DNA of 63,845 nucleotides from Ylistrum balloti (lineage: Eukaryota), in assembly GCF_031769215.1 (NCBI RefSeq), contig NW_026782215.1, forward strand, positions 992,001 to 1,055,845, in the 5' to 3' direction. Below, in pieces: positions 23,130-36,721 of this stretch. The position numbers and the translations under genes were made by a program. The notes beneath the pieces were generated by a model that saw only the letters and a list, made by a program, of their open reading frames with translations, was not told the DNA's origin and did not search any database. Within the stretch, counting starts at the first letter, position 1; each line of letters starts with the position of its first letter.

Positions 23130-26100
23130 CTACAAGAGGTCATAGAAGTAGTCAAGCCCTTGACCTATTTCCCAGATGGAGATCCCGGTGCCCATTGTCT
23201 TCGCCAGGTCTAGTCGTACTTGTATAGATTTCAGTGTTGGAAAATGGACATTGTGTGTCACACCTGAAGACCTGGAATAGTAGGTTGCAGACATTTTATT
23301 CTATATATCCAAGGTTTCTGTTGAGTATGTATTGGAATGCTACATTCCTGTCAAAAAGATACATTAGTTGATAAAGTAAATTTTTTCTTGCAGTCCAAAA
23401 GTTTGTCTTCTATGCCAGAGTTAATGAGGTCAAAGTTAACAGGTTTAGTATCTAACATACAGTGAACAGTGACTCAAGGCTACAGACTAAACAGGCATCA
23501 CACAAATATAAATTTAAATGACATATAATTAAAAGGGACAAGTGAAAATTTTTCTTTGTACATTACTGAACGTAAAACCATAAAAGTCATATTTGTTTAA
23601 ACTATATTTATCGTTACTTTTAGCCAATGTTGAAATAACGATTTTTATATTCAACGTATGAGGTTTCTGAAAATCAAAACATTCATTGATACAAACATTA
23701 CTCACTTGTATTCACCAACATGTTCAGCAGTGTCTTCTTTCCACTGTAGCTTTGGCTTGTGTTTCTTCAGTATATCTATGTATCTAAATTAAGAAACATT
23801 CAGATTTTCAATGTGCTTTTCTCTATAACAAGCCATGGAAGTTAGACGATGTATTTCAATATTCTATTACATTTGAAAGAGGTTGAGAGTGTCTTGTTTT
23901 ACACAAACTTAATGATCTTTCACCCATGCAAAGTACAAGCCAAACATAATTTCTTAACACTTTCGAAGATGCATTAGAACTTTTTCTTTCAAGATTGACC
24001 TCTGATCCTCGAAGATGGTACTGGTAATTATCATAAATAAACTCATTCAACCACAAAAACAATAAATGTTTAAAATATTAGGCTACTTACTGACTGCCCA
24101 CAATTGCTCCTCCCTCACCTCCTTTAACCATTGTGAAGTCGTTACCATAAAAGTTGAGTCCTAAAAGAATTTTTGACCTAGATGTTGGATCGTCTTCAGG
24201 CACCAATGCCTCAACACAATCTTTGACCCAGTCAATAGGACTATTGGCTCCTGGTCTGTGGATAAACAATGGTATTCTCTTTATTTCAGTGTGATATCTA
24301 TGATCACTTGGAGATATTCGAGTAAAACATTAACATGACCCCAAGTTTCTAAGATAAATCACCCCTACTTATGGTCTCTATTTACTACATACCAGTATTT
24401 CTTTTAAGAAAAGCAAGAAATAAAATCTATGGGTGGTACCCTCTACACAGGCTGGAGTCCTGGGTAAAGATAGATGTGTTATTGGATTAGCTCTGTATGC
24501 ACATTCAGGTTTTTATCAAAATGGTATACAAATGTTAAAACGATTTTGTGAAAATACAACATTGAAATCCATTATCTCATTTCTTTTTAAAATTATACTG
24601 CTGATATGATTGCAGATAACTATCATTAGTTCTCATGTTTAGATCTCTGATGACAATGCAATGCAACCTAGTCTCATTAACTAAAATATGACCTAACTCT
24701 CAGATACATCTGGGAAGCCCATAAGTTTTCTTAACAGCCCCATGTGTTGAGGATAATTATAATATGCAAAGTCCGAAAAGCAGTCAAACAGGATGGACAG
24801 GGCGTACATCTGATATTGAAGAAAGCCAATGGAATCATATGATTAACAAGAGAACCATAAAATCTGTAATGCTCACCTGGTTAATTCACTGAAATTACTT
24901 CATCTAAATCAAATGAAAAGCATTAGAAGATCTATGGCTATTTCCTCTATTAGGCCTGCCAATCTTGGAGGAATGAGATGCATCGTTTATATAAAATCAA
25001 GTTCTCTTCACCAATGGATGTTTCAGACCAAAAATAGGATAAAGTTTACTATTCCTGAAGAGAAAGAATAATTTCAATCAATTTGCTATATTTACCATAT
25101 TGTGTCCTGTCCCTCATGCCCCTGGGGGCCTAGACTCAAAGTATATACAAAATTGATTCTCCATGAACCTAGCTGGCATGTTTCAGACCTATTTGGTACA
25201 GAATCCTTACAATTCTAAAAACAGAAGGATTTTTAAGAAATTGTCCTATAGACCATTACTGGATCCTGCCCCTCCTGTCCAAGGGAGCCAGGGCCTTTCA
25301 TTTTTACAAAACTGATTCCCTTTCACCCAAGGATGCAGGTCTTATTGTACAATTTCTGATGAGAAACCTAATGGAACATTAAAACAGTTGTTTTGCTTAC
25401 TTCCTCTGACTGGAGAAGTCGTACGTCATTAGACTGAAACCATCAACATTGTTTTCTAGGGCATCAAAGTCCTCCTTAGTGAACATACCTATCACTCCGC
25501 TGTAACAAGTAATTGTATGGTTACTGGTAGGTAAGTTAAGTTACAGTCTATTATATACATCATTGGTAACACACAGTAGTCTTGTTAAATGTATGTTTCT
25601 CTTTACTTACGACAATAAGTAATAGTACCGTGTAACCAATGTGGGTTACCAATTATTACTATTATGTACTACCAGTTTTTTAATTTTCTTATCATATCGA
25701 ATCATGATAAATCTCAAAAGTAGAAAATTCAAATTTTGAAATTTTGCTTTCAGATTCAGTTATATATCTTACAATCAAGTGTACTAGAATTCACATATAT
25801 AATATACAGTGTACATGCAAGAAGGATTTAAGATTCTTATAGTTTGCCATCTATATCCCACATGTATCTTTCTTATCTTCTCAAGCAACACTACAGTGTA
25901 CTAGCTGCATGCTTCATGTTCATTACAGGGATTACTAACCTCAATCTACACATGAATGGCTCAAGGTATTCATATAAGCAGCATGATAGAGATAAGTTTG
26001 AAATGTATGCAAATAGACTATTGTACATCAGCACCAAGTTACATTGAGTTAACAAAGAGGATGCTCTACCACAATTTTCAATGTGGGGAAATGGCTGTAT

Positions 26101-29100
26101 GTACGAATGAAAATGGGTAAAAAAATAAATGGGACATAAAGGATGACTGTAACACAAGGTTATTACTATATCTTTAAACCCAATAAGGTAACATTCTTTG
26201 TTTCTGCATCTCTTTAAAAAGAAATTTTCTCCCTATTTTAGAGGTAAACAAAATCAAAATGCTCTCCTGAAAATAGGTGCATGATAGGGTCAGTACAGAG
26301 TGTGAAATATGATCCGAGGTACTTACCCTGGATACATAGGTGGAGGGATGACAAGAATGAACAATTTCTTTGCTGTGTGGAACATTTCACCTAGGTGATT
26401 CAAGAAGTGTTGCATCTCTCTGAGGAATTAAGAAACAAAATCAGCATAAAACCCTCAAATTTGTTCCTATTTACGTTTGTGATAACCTTATTTGCATCCT
26501 GCAAAAAGTCCTGAGGTCCTGTACATAACCTGTTACTCAAAGGCTTAGTACATGATAAACTTTTTAATTTTAATAGTTCTTAGTACATGTAATACATCTC
26601 AGAGTTTAATGTTATATTTATTGTTTACTATCTGACGCTAAGCCAGGACTAGATTTTTTTTTTTTAATTTCAAAATCTACCAGGAGCATGCTGTCAACTT
26701 TTCTAGATAACCTAGTGAACCCTTGTACATACTTATGAGCCTGTCCTCCAAGCTGTGACCAGATCTCAATCACTACTCCTGCAAACTTGTTCTTCTGCAA
26801 GACGGAACAAACATTATGTCAATTTATAAAAAGTAAGCCTGTTAATATCATGACTCATTTCTTTTTAAAAAGACAATGTGATATCAACAGAAGCTTAATT
26901 AAGTAGTGATAAGTTACAGTAAATAGTTACTTAAAAGTGTCATACATTTATTCATAGTTTCATAATTGCTATAAAGAGTCTAAATATCTATGGTGTTGTT
27001 ATGCTGGAGTATATACCTTTATGAAGTCAAGAATAACTTGTATACAATCCTCCATGGCATCTTCACTACTGAAGAGAGCACCATAATCTTTTCCATTCCA
27101 GCCATCAAAGAACACACGGGGCACTTTTGAAAAGATACAAAATTTCTTAAAAACCAATATCTATGTGCTAAATTTTACAAATGCATTAGAGTTGTAATGA
27201 AAAATAATACCAGTGCACATTGGAAACATCAGTACCTTTATGGAAATATCTGTGTATATCATGATATATGATATTTTAAAAGCCAGGAATTTACGACCTG
27301 AAGTTACAACTTGCTGAAATACTGGTATTTGCAACAAATTCAGTATAATTTTCATAATTTACAATAATGAGGAAAACATTACATTTAAAGACCAAGTATT
27401 CCTAAAATAATTTGATATAACTAATTTATACATTAAATTTTCAGTGTCATATGTTAATCAGGCATTCCTAGATAATAAGTTCAAGTAATTTGTGTTCAAT
27501 CCCTTTGATATACTCATCGTCATGACAATTAATGATAATTATGCTGAAAATATATCATTTGATTCATATGACTCTTACAAATTTTGGCATGCTTTCCTGC
27601 GGTCACCTCATCTGCCCAGCCTGTACACAATATAAAGTTATATCAATAAAATGGACTTAAAATGTATTTGGAAAGTATTATTAGGTTACAATGGATCCAA
27701 CATTTAGACAAAACGTAGTTCAGTTTACACATTGGCAAAAATCATTATGTCATACAACTGTCATAATTCATAGATATAATTTGTATCCGAGAATAACTGT
27801 CCCTCTTTAAAGGAAGTTGTGATATCCTTAGTTACACAAGTAATGACACTCATTCTCTCACATACATGGTGTACACATGTACACCTTACAAATATATTAC
27901 CCATGAAATATGATACATATATTATACATTGTATTTATAAACAAAATTCTGCATACCAATGTACTTCTAAGGTAAAAGCACTGCATTGTATGATGTCTTG
28001 ATGACAAATTACTTGAATTTGTGGTAATTCATCTTTCAAGTATTTGTGATGTGTATCATAAAATAAATGAACATTGTATATCATTTTCAAGAACATACTC
28101 AACATCATGTGATCTCTCAATATCAGATTTAACATGATCAACATCATGTGATCTCTCATTATCAGATTTACCATAATTAACATCATGTGATCGCTCAATG
28201 ACAGACTTACTTTGATCAACATTATTTGATCTTTCAAGAACAGACTTACCATGATCAACATCATGTTATCTCTCAATGATGGACTTACCTCGATCCACAT
28301 CATGCGAACCCTGTATAAGAAAGGCACCTCCAGGTTTGCGCTTGACTTGAAGCCATACAGGTGACACATAGGAAAACTTCTGTGAAAACCTCTTGGCGAT
28401 GTTGTAACCATGAGCATTCCACTGCAAAATCACATAAAAGAAAAAGTCGAAGGTACATCAAATTAAATTTGGGAGGTCAGGATTTTTACTTATGGAGTTA
28501 TTGTTGATATTGTTAATGCAAGCCATAATGTACTTATAGTATGTCTGAAGATAATAATAAACAAGCATTCATTCTTACACTGGTAATCCCTGAGGGCCTA
28601 TAAGCAACCTCTGATTTAAGTTGGGGAATGGGCTTATTACAGGACAATCAAATAGCATTTGTTGGTAACTCTACTGAACAACAAATAATTTGTGTGGTCT
28701 TGTCATCAGGTCAAAGCTTGTATGTGGAAGTTTGCATTAACAGGTGGTATGATAAATGGGAAAGCCAGGGCAAGAAACATTGAAAACATTTGTTTTGGCA
28801 CATTCATATTTCAGTTCATTACTTTTTGGTAAATTAGTACAATGATAAATTCATCAATCCAATACTACCTGGAACAATGTAAGTAAGGATACATGAACTG
28901 CAATTAGTGTAATCATAATTCAGCACAATACTTGAAGCATGAAAAAGCTCAAATACAGTACTGTTGACTTACAGGGGTTACATAGGCCAACGTTTTACCC
29001 GGAAACCTCTTGATTTCTTTTTCTACATCACAGTAAGCCTTGTGTTCTCGCAAGATGTCCTTAATTTTGATATCCTCTGTTACAAGGTCTCTGTCAAACA

Positions 29101-30444
29101 CATTCTTACTGCTGTAGTCTTCCTTCTGTGACTTGAACATGAAATTAAAATGGAATATTATGGAAACATAGATGATCATATATATATTACTTAAAAACTT
29201 ACTTAACATTTGTAAAAGCATATCTTCCAAAATAAGAATTAAAAGTCTCAGATAATCTGCACACTAAATGAAATCACGCAATAAAAACGAAGAAGCAATT
29301 CTTGTAGAAAAGGCATTGAAATATAAGAATAAATAGTAGATGTTTTCAAGTAGAAATTGTATTTACAAAGTTTCAAAATATCTAGTTGGGAGGACAAGAA
29401 GCCAAACACTATTGTTAAAGAGACCACTTACTCAGAAACAGAAAATAGCTAGTATGAAAACTTTGCACCAATTTGCAAAATTGAGCAAATATTGATAAAG
29501 CAGCATTACACAACCTTAACTTCTATATCTACAGGGAAACCTCCATTGAATGCCTACCACAGGCCATTATAGCTGGACTCAACACCCACTTATAGACTTG
29601 AATTAGGTTATATCTTTCAGAGCTTCAGAACATTTTTGACTTAAAATGTTTCCTGTTCCTCCAGTATATAGTTGCCATTATTGCTAGTGGATGTAAACCT
29701 GTTCTTAATCTAAGCAGTAAAAGAAATAAATACCATTCTTGTGTTTTTAATACATATTTTCTTTTTTGCAAAACTGGGGTATATCAGAATACCAAAATGA
29801 CAACTTATGTATATGTACCCAGTTATATTTTCCGAGCACCCAGCTATCCTATAATCCTAGAGAAAACATTTCATGACAACACCTCTAAAGGATGACTGCC
29901 TCAATATCTAATACATTCCATATGAAGATCACTAAAACTGTCTCATCAATATATTTTCATTCCATTTGATTTGGTGTTTATCTGGTAACCTCTCTGAGAA
30001 AGAAGTGTATGATTCCATTGCTACTTTGGGCAGTTTTTATTTCTCAGGAAGCTAAATTCAGTCAGGCTGTCATGTGTTGTCATGATTGTGTCCTTAGGCA
30101 AGACATTTTACCCAAGCTGTTCTATATACCATGTAGTAAGTCGTCTTCATGTTGTTCAGTGGGTAATCCACCAGCTGCGAGAAGACACCACCTAAAGATG
30201 ATTTTGTGGCAAAAGCTGATTTAGTTATCTCTATTTCCTTGTCCTTTTAAGGAGTTACATGTAATGACAACACAAAGTTTTAAATCTCATTTTCATACAT
30301 CTATGCCTTGAAATATATTTGTTATTTAGGACCAATCACCTTTTTCTTTTTCTGACCCTTGGAGAGAGTGGCTTCAGTAGCTATCAAAAGATGGCTGGTG
30401 ATGATCAGACAGATCATGTGTCGACACAGAGTAATGAGGTCCAT
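23130..30444 (-). CDS. CHID1: Chitinase domain-containing protein 1 (SI-CLP, catalytically inactive GH18), 394 aa, 11 coding exons
   Basis: Exons (minus) 30444-30340, 29131-28973, 28421-28289, 27620-27579, 27123-27017, 26794-26733, 26419-26327, 25499-25401, 24255-24091, 23783-23706, 23271-23130 (1185 nt, GT-AG). Signal peptide then [56 protein letters not shown] and terminal [17 protein letters not shown]. Confidence 0.97.
24845..25340 (+). mobile_element. HINE/MITE-like element in a CHID1 intron
   Basis: Starts aacaagagaaccataaaatctgtaatgctcacctgg, the same terminus type as 21224 and 61308. The right boundary is approximate. Confidence 0.5.
28101..28304 (-). repeat. 39-bp tandem array (5 units plus a partial) derived from the CHID1 exon 3 / intron 3 junction
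   Basis: Units start at 28101, 28140, 28179, 28218 and 28257. Minus-strand unit approx GATCATG|GTAAGTCTG(T/A)(C/T)ATTGAGAGATCACATGATGTT, with GT dinucleotides at 28288, 28249, 28210 and 28171. Confidence 0.92.
30085..30113 (+). mobile_element. CORE-like SINE fragment in CHID1 intron 1
   Basis: attgtgtccttaggcaagacattttaccc, homologous to 8441-8470 and 11640-11666. Confidence 0.6.
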
Positions 30445-31547
30445 CTTCAATCAATCTCACCCTCTCTGCATATATAGATTTAAAATATTGAAGACTCATG
30501 TATTTCTAAAACAAGAAAATGACCAAAATGCAATAGAGTAAACTTTCATTATTATTGTTTTAACAAATTCCTATTTTAAATCAATCTGAAAAAGGAGATT
30601 CAAAAGATCTCAGGAGTCTACTATGCATCTATATATCTTCAATGTGATAATTATATGCTACTTATAATAAGCAAATGTGTACAACAGGTTTCGTCATTTT
30701 ATTAAAGGTATAATTCAATCTCCTGTGATAGCAATGAAAAGTTTCTCCACAATTATTTTGAATAAAATGCAACTAACACAGTAGATCACACCTAAAGGAA
30801 TGTTTGGCTTTTAAACAAATTATGGTTGGTCTCTCAATATCAGTGTTAGGTGAATCTGTACATCTGTTTCCATTCTTATAAAAGAGGCCCATATAAAGGA
30901 CCAATCAGAATATTACGCTTGGTCACAATTCCAAAACTGATGTAGAAGAAAATTAAAGGTTTACAATTATTTTCACAATTGGATACTGCCCATAGCAAGG
31001 CCACAGTCATTTTTAATACAAAAATGAATCCCCTTCAATACAATTTCTTCAAATTAAATATGCATCCCTAATGAAGGATTTTAGTGACAATATAATTCAA
31101 TCTTTAATACTTGGCATCCCCCTCTTTGCCCTCGGCGGTCATACAGACCACTGTTTTTTTTGTTATATATTTTAACAAATTTGCTTGTTATTATGTTATA
31201 ACTCTCTGTAATCTGCCAGAAATTCTCTACTGTATGTGATATGAATTTCGTATACCGAATTTCAATTAGTTCTCTCCCATCATCACACTGCCGTCTCTCC
31301 ACCAAACTACACGTTGTTTACAGTATAACCTTTGTCAGCCTCCACATTCAAAAGAGTTCTACGTCATCAGTTTAAAGGCGGTAAACATGAAGTCAATGTT
31401 ACGCAAACGTAGAAGTTACTGTTTATCGTGTATGAAATGTAAATATATCTTACACGTTCATTTGAAATGTTAGTTTCTTATATATTTGTTTGTAATAGTG
31501 TTCAATATTTTACACCTCTTTATTTGAAAGTGAAAAGTGTTTATAAC

Positions 31548-31599
31548 CCATGACCAGGGCAGGGATGTAGATAACTGTTATCTACGTCCCTGCCATGAC
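31548..31599. repeat. Near-perfect 33-bp palindrome flanked by a 7-bp direct repeat
   Basis: CCATGAC-caggg-CAGGGATGTAGATAAC-T-GTTATCTACGTCCCTG-CCATGAC. The arms are 15/16 complementary. Confidence 0.85.
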
Positions 31600-33208
31600 T
31601 GATCAATCAAAATCGATTTTCAAATTATCCGGATGTTCAATAATATAATATGTTTTCAAGCTTAGCATAGATCGCTAGATCAGTGAAGAAATATCTGAGT
31701 TATCAAAATACGTCCCTGGTTCAAGTAAAATCCAGTATGGCTGCCAGATGACCATATTTTCCTCAGATCAGTCCCAAAATAAATCATACAACTCAATATT
31801 ACAAAAGGATAATCTATACATTTGAAGAAATTACGAAACATCGGACCGAAATTCACCCGGGTTTGCGTTTAAATAATACTTGACCTGACAACACTATTTA
31901 AAGTTGTATAAAAATCCGTGGTTGTCAATGACACCTATTTGTGAATCAGGGAAATCTAGTCTATATTGTCTTTTAAAAAGACGACAGATTTTTGTGTTAA
32001 TGATGAATTTATGATTTTCCACAAGTTTTCGATTCCTGAGAGCGCCGCAAAATATCGTCGGGCGTTATATACAATTTTCAATCCAAATCCCGCAGATTTT
32101 ATGAATACCTAACCAACTAATGTTGAAAGGATTATCAGAATGTGATTTCCATTCCCTCGGCCAAAAGACCTAGTTTTATTTAGTTATTTATTTATTTACA
32201 ACGAGCCCCTGACGTTCTACACCAAACCAATGATATGATATCCGGATACATGAATCACTACAGTAAATACCAGTACTGCCATCTGCTTAGAGAGGTTTTT
32301 AATTCCTGATTCAGTGAAACACTTTTATTCCGGAATCGTCATGGATTTTCTTACCAAAGGGTTCCAGGACCAGAGCATACAAAACGGGAGATAATCTGCA
32401 GCCTTGTCTTACACCGTGCGTGATTGAGGAGGGCTCTGATTTAAGTCCATTAGCAATGATAAACATGAAACATCTTTGTATGAACTGCAGACCTATTTAC
32501 ATCATGTAATATAATCAGAATGCGTTAGCAACAGGAGGGTGTCGTAAACAGAGGTTAAGAGCGTCATAGGCTTGTCAGTTTCAAGTCTGACAGCATCCAT
32601 CTTGTCCTAGCTACTTACAAGTCTATACCACAGGCCTCGCCTCTATTCCCGATTCCCTCTTCGCGTATCTTCTCTCTCACTATAGGCCTTTCCCCCTTGC
32701 CGCCTGAACATTTAATCCTCTGGAAATGGGTTGTTCCCAAACATTACCGCCCTGCACAGGTTGCCCAGACAATGCCCTGGTGCCTGAGAGCACCCTCGCC
32801 ATGTTCCATTTTCTCACTCTTTTAAGTAGTTTCACTTTAAAAAAAAAATGCGTCCCTTCTAACCTGCAATCCTGGATCCGCCCCTGAAAATATCAATTTG
32901 ATCTATAATTTCCCCTTTTACCTTCTTCGTGCTCCATCTTTAAGGACTTCTCATTAAAAAAAAAACCAAAAAAGTGAGCCCTCGACTTCCATCATGGATT
33001 CCTGTAAATTCCTAGAATGTAAATCATGTACTGTAAAAAGATTAATTTTCGTGGGGGTTTCATTTTAGCTTATTCTTGTGTACTCTTGATCAGCGCATTT
33101 AAATATCAAAGAGTTCACCAAACACAATTTATTGATAATAACTCACATTTATAGTAACATACACTTTTGTATATGTTGAATATGTTGAATATCTACAACA
33201 ACACGTGA

Positions 33209-35357
33209 TAGTGGGGCGGATATGTGACATTTTTTTGTTGAGTTGTGCACTTCCGGAAAGAAGCATGATAATTTGGCCTAGGGGGGTCTTGGGTATGCTG
33301 ATTTCAAAAATTGCGGGAACCACGACCTTACTCCAGCCGTTCACGCCAGAGGTCAGTGGGCTCATCAAATAACAGCAGCAGCTCTGTTCATCCTGCTTCA
33401 GAGTTCATATGGTGAATATCAAAAGAACACACCAGAAGATGAACAACTATGCTATGATGTTTGATTACTGGTTTAAAGTCTGGCAGTTGGAATGCCTACT
33501 CCTATAGTTCCTTAGATCACAGCGTCAACCAAATTTTATGTCCTACTTGGATTCTCTTGGAAAAATTATTCCATGGATGTTTACCCTTGACCACTTCCAC
33601 TATTCACGATGGATGACAATTCATGTCAAAGATCTTCTTGCCCTGGAGATTAACAGTCCAGACACCTATGCAGAGTTCCTTAAAGGCAACTTCGTCACTC
33701 AGAGAAATCTACACTCAAGTTCTCAGCACTAGCCCATGACCAGGTTCATGAACAGCTGAATGCAATGGTGAAAGGACATGGTGGTGCTATAGGTATCACA
33801 GAGAATGAAGCTGCATTGACACGATGGATGGTGACGGGCCAAGAAACAACTAGGCTTTTGATTGTGTACTATGAAAAACACTACATGAAAAAAGACACAG
33901 ATCGCCACCATGAAGAGATACCAAGTGTACAGAAGGCGTTCATATCACAAGTCAAGAACGTCACTGATGTGATGGAGGAACTAGGAAACCCCTTTGCAGA
34001 TACTGGCACAGATTTGTATACGCTTGACACCAAACGGATAATGCCTGATATCCTTGTAAATGAAATAAAGTCGGCAGAAAATATTCGCAAAACACAATAC
34101 CAGAAGTTCGTTGCAGAGCGTATTAATGCTGATTGCACATCATTCAATGACACAATTCACAAAACCAAACTGCCTCTGTTTAATGCTAGTTTGGGAAAGA
34201 AGCCTACCAAGTCCGCCACCAAAATCTCCGACTTGTGTGATGATGCTAATCTCTTCTCACGAATGTACATATTATGCCAAGCTCGAGACTGTGATATCTT
34301 CATGCATGCAAATCATGCCTGGCCTCCATCACTAGCATCAAATCGCATCATGTACCAATAGAAGAAGTCTGATTTGATGGAATGTTTGGAATCGTTGGCA
34401 CCAAAATCAGAATCTACACCACATGTTCATGTTAAAATTGTTGATGACGCTGCCCTTGTTCAGACACTTGATCCAAAGAAGTCAAAGAAAATTGTGAAAA
34501 CATTCCAGAACTATTCACAGTTGGTGTTCTTGCCCTCTTTAGAACGCATGCTACAGGATGTTGCCCATTTAGATGTTGTTTGGAATATCTATAAGGAAGA
34601 CAGCCTAAAGTCACAAACACGACAGAATTGTGGAACTGGTAACCAAATTCGAGACTTGTCCTGCACTCATGAAGAAGCGGACACCCGGCTCCTGTTTCAT
34701 GCCTCCCATGCATTCCATCAAGGATTAACCAAAGTGATGATACATGCCACTGGTACGGATGTGATGGTTCTCGCAGTTGCTGTGTCAAGCGTTGTAAAAG
34801 ATTGTGAAATGTGGTTCTAAACTGAGATACATCCCCTGTGACCTAATTTCAACTGAACTAGGCAATGATACATCATGGGGTCTTCTGTTTATGCACGCGA
34901 TATCAGGATGTGATACTGCTTCTGCATTCTTCGGAATTGGAAAGAAAACAGCTTGGGCAGTATGCCTCAGCTCACAGCTACATTTGTGCTCCAACTCAAA
35001 CAATGGTACGTCCTAAAGACATTTTGTCACCTAATTGATTCGGATTATGACATTTTAAAAAAAATAAACATATGAAGGAAAACTGTATAAGTCTTGAATT
35101 GCGTTTTATTACATTCCTTGACCTCAAAATATAGGTATAAACATCAAGATAATTGAAATCGGGACACTGAGAGGAATTTCATGGACGAAATCATGTTTTG
35201 TGGCGGCCATTTTTAATTTCCAGATTTTTGGCGGGAACGGCTGGAGTGAGGTCATGGTTCCCGCAATTTTTGAAATCAGCATACCCAAAACCCCCTAGGA
35301 CAAATTATCACGCATCTTTCCGGAAGTGCACGCCCATTTCACATATCCGCCATACTA
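33209..35357 (+). mobile_element. Academ-superfamily DNA transposon, internally deleted non-autonomous copy (2,149 bp)
   Basis: TAG...CTA termini. TIRs of ~140 bp (33209-33348) and ~129 bp (35229-35357). 3-bp TSD TGA at 33206-33208 and 35358-35360. Internal relic transposase with an XPG/FEN-like nuclease region. These match recalled Academ hallmarks. Confidence 0.85.
33349..35016 (+). pseudogene. Disrupted Academ transposase / XPG-like nuclease ORF
   Basis: Fragments WAHQITAAALFILLQ, PWMFTLDHFHYSRW, DQVHEQLNAMVKGHGGAIGITEN, LGNPF, CTHEEADTRLLFHA and HAISGCDTASAFFGIGKKTAW (H3TH-like) lie across different frames. There are in-frame stops (e.g. TAG after MYQ, TAA after MWF), frameshifts and no N-terminus. 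Confidence 0.88.
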
Positions 35358-36721
35358 TGAATATTGTGATTCATTAAAATGCACATCAAACCATTAAACG
35401 AAGTTACAGTCCCGCCTTTCGGAATTCAACACGGTTTATATACATGTAGAGTTTTCAATCAGATTGGAAACCTTTGTCAGCAATAAATTTACAGACAATA
35501 CAATGAGGAACTTATCATAAAAATCAATCATAATACAAATAACAAGAATACCGCCATGGTAAATATAGTACGCCCGTCATTATCCCAGCATGGCTTTGTA
35601 TGTAAAGTTTAATAAGCTTCCTCATATGATAAATATGATATAGTTATTCTTATACTGAACATACATATCTAAGTTGCGAGTACATATTCATCTCCGACTG
35701 TTGTATTTATTTATTTATGTGAATAACCTAGTCATATACCACAAAGATTTTTTTCTTTTCTTTACTCGCATACAAGTCCGCTGATATGACGATGCTTTTT
35801 TTCCCTACAGCTGTCATAAAATGGATAAATGAAACCTCTTTTCTTTGTAGAGATCATTTAACGCTGTACTAGAATTAACATGTTTATATTTTTTATCCAG
35901 TATTTAAATAAAGGTTAGATGAATATAAGACCGAATGCTATGTACTGTTCAATATACATTGTAATAATGAATCAAAGGATTTTGTCATTCATCGGGTACA
36001 AATATATATATATTTCAATATTTTCTTCTGCTATTGTTCAAATGCCAATTTTTTCGGTGACATAATCAATTTAGTTTACAAACAGTACATTCGTTTTCAT
36101 TTTAGTACTGTTTTGAAGGTTACCAATGTATTATATTAGGCATGATAACATTGAAGCTCTGAAGATATCCTTGCTTAAAAAAACAAAACCCCAAAAATAA
36201 AAAAAAAATAAAATAACAAATAAATAAGAAAGTAAAAACAAAACAAATACTGATAGCTTAAAACAAGCATGGAAAATACGAGCTTAAATGTGGGTCATCT
36301 GTATGAAAATCGATAAACGTGTATTTAGAAAATTTAATATGCTATACTTTCTTTCTTATCGTACAAAAATATCGGTAATAAATAAAATGCATCGTATTAA
36401 TAAAATATACCTAACATATAAATAATGTGAATTCTAACCTTAACAAAATGTCATTTCCAATAAAATAGAAAGTATCACCTGTGTAACGTAATTAAAAGAA
36501 AAATTATAGTACTGAATGAAAAGAAAGGGGGAAAAACTAAAAAAAAATTAGTACATAAGGACAAATCAAAAGTCAAGCGCATATCAATGCACAACGACGG
36601 CTGCAATTTGTAGTAGCGGGGGAATGAATGGCGATCGCTACCTCCGACCTAACGTACATTTTAATATCGTCACAATTTAAGTTTTAAAAAAAGTTTCCAT
36701 GGTTCTCCAGGATGTTTTAAC

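Noticed and set aside
27935-28417. 160-aa ORF with DHMMLIM repeats
   Set aside because: It is an alternative frame over CHID1 exon 3 plus the 39-bp intronic array. The true frame is WNAHGY...HDVDRG.
32870-32886. TCCTGGATCCGCCCCTG, a typical MITE terminus
   Set aside because: I found no matching left TIR or TSD, so no element could be delimited.
36585-36655. AATTTGTAGTAG followed by a GTAGCG/CGCTAC hairpin, resembling a U1/U7 Sm site
   Set aside because: There is no U1 5' end (ATACTTACCTG) or stems, and no histone-downstream-element complement as in U7. The similarity is too short.
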